Source: Hylemonella sp. (GTDB lineage: Bacteria; Pseudomonadota; Gammaproteobacteria; Burkholderiales; Burkholderiaceae_C). Taken from it: 29,276 nt of DNA. Position numbers and translations under genes: made by a program. The notes below the pieces were generated by a model. It was not told the DNA's origin. It saw only the letters and a program-made list of their open reading frames with translations, and did not search any database. Shown in pieces: positions 28,014-29,276 of this stretch; within the stretch, counting starts at the first letter, position 1, and each line of letters opens with the position of its first letter. Location of the stretch: positions 1 to 29,276 of the forward strand of contig JBILKC010000001.1 of the NCBI GenBank assembly GCA_044376885.1, read 5' to 3'.

Positions 28014-28739
28014 CTATATCTGGTTTGGGATTGGCGGGTTCGAAATCGTTCCCAGTGAATGCAAAACTGAATGGAGGTCAGGGCCCGAAAAATGGGGCTG
28101 CGGCGACAAGGCTTCAAACGGCAAACCTTGCCGGTTAACCCAATGCGTAGTAAAGCCAAACCAGGTGGCCCCCAACACATCCCATCCATTGCTGGAGACA
28201 AACAGCACTTCATCCTTGTTGACAGCCATGTTCTGTTGGACCAGTCCGTAACTTTCGGGAGAAGTCTTGAACAGGCGAATCGGATCAACGGACAGGAGGT
28301 GATCCAAAACATCCGCCATCCCCGCGCTCTTGACGGCTGAGGTGAGCATCTCCACACTGCCATTGGACAGGATGGCTGTCGTCAGGCCCATGGCTTTGAT
28401 CTGTTGAAGCACAGCCAAGTTTTCTGGAAACGGCGTGAGGTGCGCATATTGCTGCATCAGCTTTTCAACCTGCCCGGATTTGCGGTCCAAGGCCAGCCGG
28501 TCCAAGGTGTATTCCAGGGACAAGCGCGTGAGTTCCCAAAACGGGCGGAAAAAACGGCTGCCCGTCGCGTTGTGCGGATCTGACTGGGTGATCAGCCGGG
28601 TGTATTCAATTTGCTTGTCGCGCCACTTCGCCGCAATATCCGCCCCATTTCCAGGGTAGAAGGCTTCCGCCAGAACCTGGATGGAATAAACGTCAAACAA
28701 GGTACCGTAGGCATCAAAAACAACCGCTTTAATCTTCAT
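28014..28739 (-). CDS. Haloacid dehalogenase type II (HAD-IA)
   Basis: VVFDAYGTLFDV, WRDKQIEY, ILSNGS, FKTSP, FVSSNGWD, WVNR. Confidence 0.92.
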   Translation of the reverse strand: MKIKAVVFDAYGTLFDVYSIQVLAEAFYPGNGADIAAKWRDKQIEYTRLITQSDPHNATGSRFFRPFWELTRLSLEYTLDRLALDRKSGQVEKLMQQYAHLTPFPENLAVLQQIKAMGLTTAILSNGSVEMLTSAVKSAGMADVLDHLLSVDPIRLFKTSPESYGLVQQNMAVNKDEVLFVSSNGWDVLGATWFGFTTHWVNRQGLPFEALSPQPHFSGPDLHSVLHSLGTISNPPIPNQI

Positions 28740-28848
28740 GATATTGACCTCAATGGGAATCAAACAACTGTCTTGGCATCTTAGCCAAAGAACAGAAGTC
28801 CATCATGCTTCAAACACGTGTGACCCTGCAGAGCAGCCTTAGTCCCAC

Positions 28849-29276
28849 TCAGCCAGACGTCTCGTCTGGCGTCAGTTTTGTAACGTCCCATGTCCAGTTG
28901 CGTATGTCGGGCATATCCTGGCCGTGTTCCCGGATGTAGCGGGCGTGTTCAACAAGTTTGGCTGCGAGCCTCACTTTGAGCGCAGCACCTGCAGACCCCG
29001 TCTGCGGCAGACGATCAATGGTGTCCATCACCAGGTGGAATCGGTCCATGTCGTTCAGAACCGTCATATCGAAAGGTGTGGTGATCGTCCCCTCTTCCTT
29101 GTAGCCGCGCACATGGATGTTGCCGTGGTTGGTTCGCCGGTAGGTCAGGCGATGGATCAGCCAGGGGTAGGCATGAAAGGCAAAGATGACCGGCTTGTTG
29201 CGGGTGAAAAGCGCATCGAAGGCCGCATCGCTCAGGCCGTGCGCGTGCTCGGTCTGTGGCTGCAGCTTCATCAGAT
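28849..29276 (-). CDS. xfp: Phosphoketolase (Xfp family), C-terminal part; 5' end outside the window
   Basis: Frame open to the window edge (..LMKLQ); [55 protein letters not shown]. Confidence 0.93.
   Translation of the reverse strand, partial: LMKLQPQTEHAHGLSDAAFDALFTRNKPVIFAFHAYPWLIHRLTYRRTNHGNIHVRGYKEEGTITTPFDMTVLNDMDRFHLVMDTIDRLPQTGSAGAALKVRLAAKLVEHARYIREHGQDMPDIRNWTWDVTKLTPDETSG

Noticed and set aside
28773-28788. TTGGC-N6-GCCAA inverted repeat around the HAD -10-like box
   Set aside because: Only 5-bp arms; too short to call an operator without conservation data.
28849-29276. Phosphoketolase looking like a 140-aa fragment
   Set aside because: The frame is open to the window edge, so this is window truncation and not evidence of a pseudogene.
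23500-29276. FNR box (TTGAT-N4-ATCAA), IS ends or att repeats for the accessory cluster
   Set aside because: Inspected by eye in the intergenic segments and no convincing match was found; the main promoter may lie beyond the window.
1-29276. tRNA, rRNA, CRISPR array, riboswitch upstream of metY
   Set aside because: No cloverleaf, rRNA-like or regularly spaced repeat pattern was seen; the CBS/metY spacer is only 77 nt and AT-rich, with no recognisable aptamer.

Overview
Betaproteobacterial (Burkholderiales/Comamonadaceae-like) chromosomal window. Bases 1-23.5 kb are densely packed housekeeping DNA: CBS-aroC-tautomerase-MFS, a metY-like gene with an alpha/beta hydrolase, a DapA-like/RraA-like pair, yihY, a DUF2069-FAD oxidoreductase-thyA-EamA-folA-DUF4337 run, xth, and the glnA-hypothetical-ntrB-ntrC locus with a clear sigma54 promoter and NtrC-type boxes. 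Upstream of glnA is a tightly overlapped five-gene block of unknown function (beta-propeller, CE4 deacetylase, di-iron hydroxylase, EI24/CysZ-like, COG1058-like). From about 23.5 kb to the end is an accessory-looking, eroding cluster (VIT1, DUF1269, nnr, Zn-ADH, HAD, phosphoketolase). It contains deletion scars missed by the ORF track: a 39-codon in-frame fusion of the N- and C-termini of an aldehyde dehydrogenase, an orphan SDR C-terminal tail, and a probably clipped DUF1269 gene. Several SD-less genes share a -10-like hexamer exactly 6 nt before the ATG, suggesting leaderless mRNAs. No tRNA, rRNA, CRISPR array or transposase was recognised. Family assignments come from motif recognition only, not database searches.
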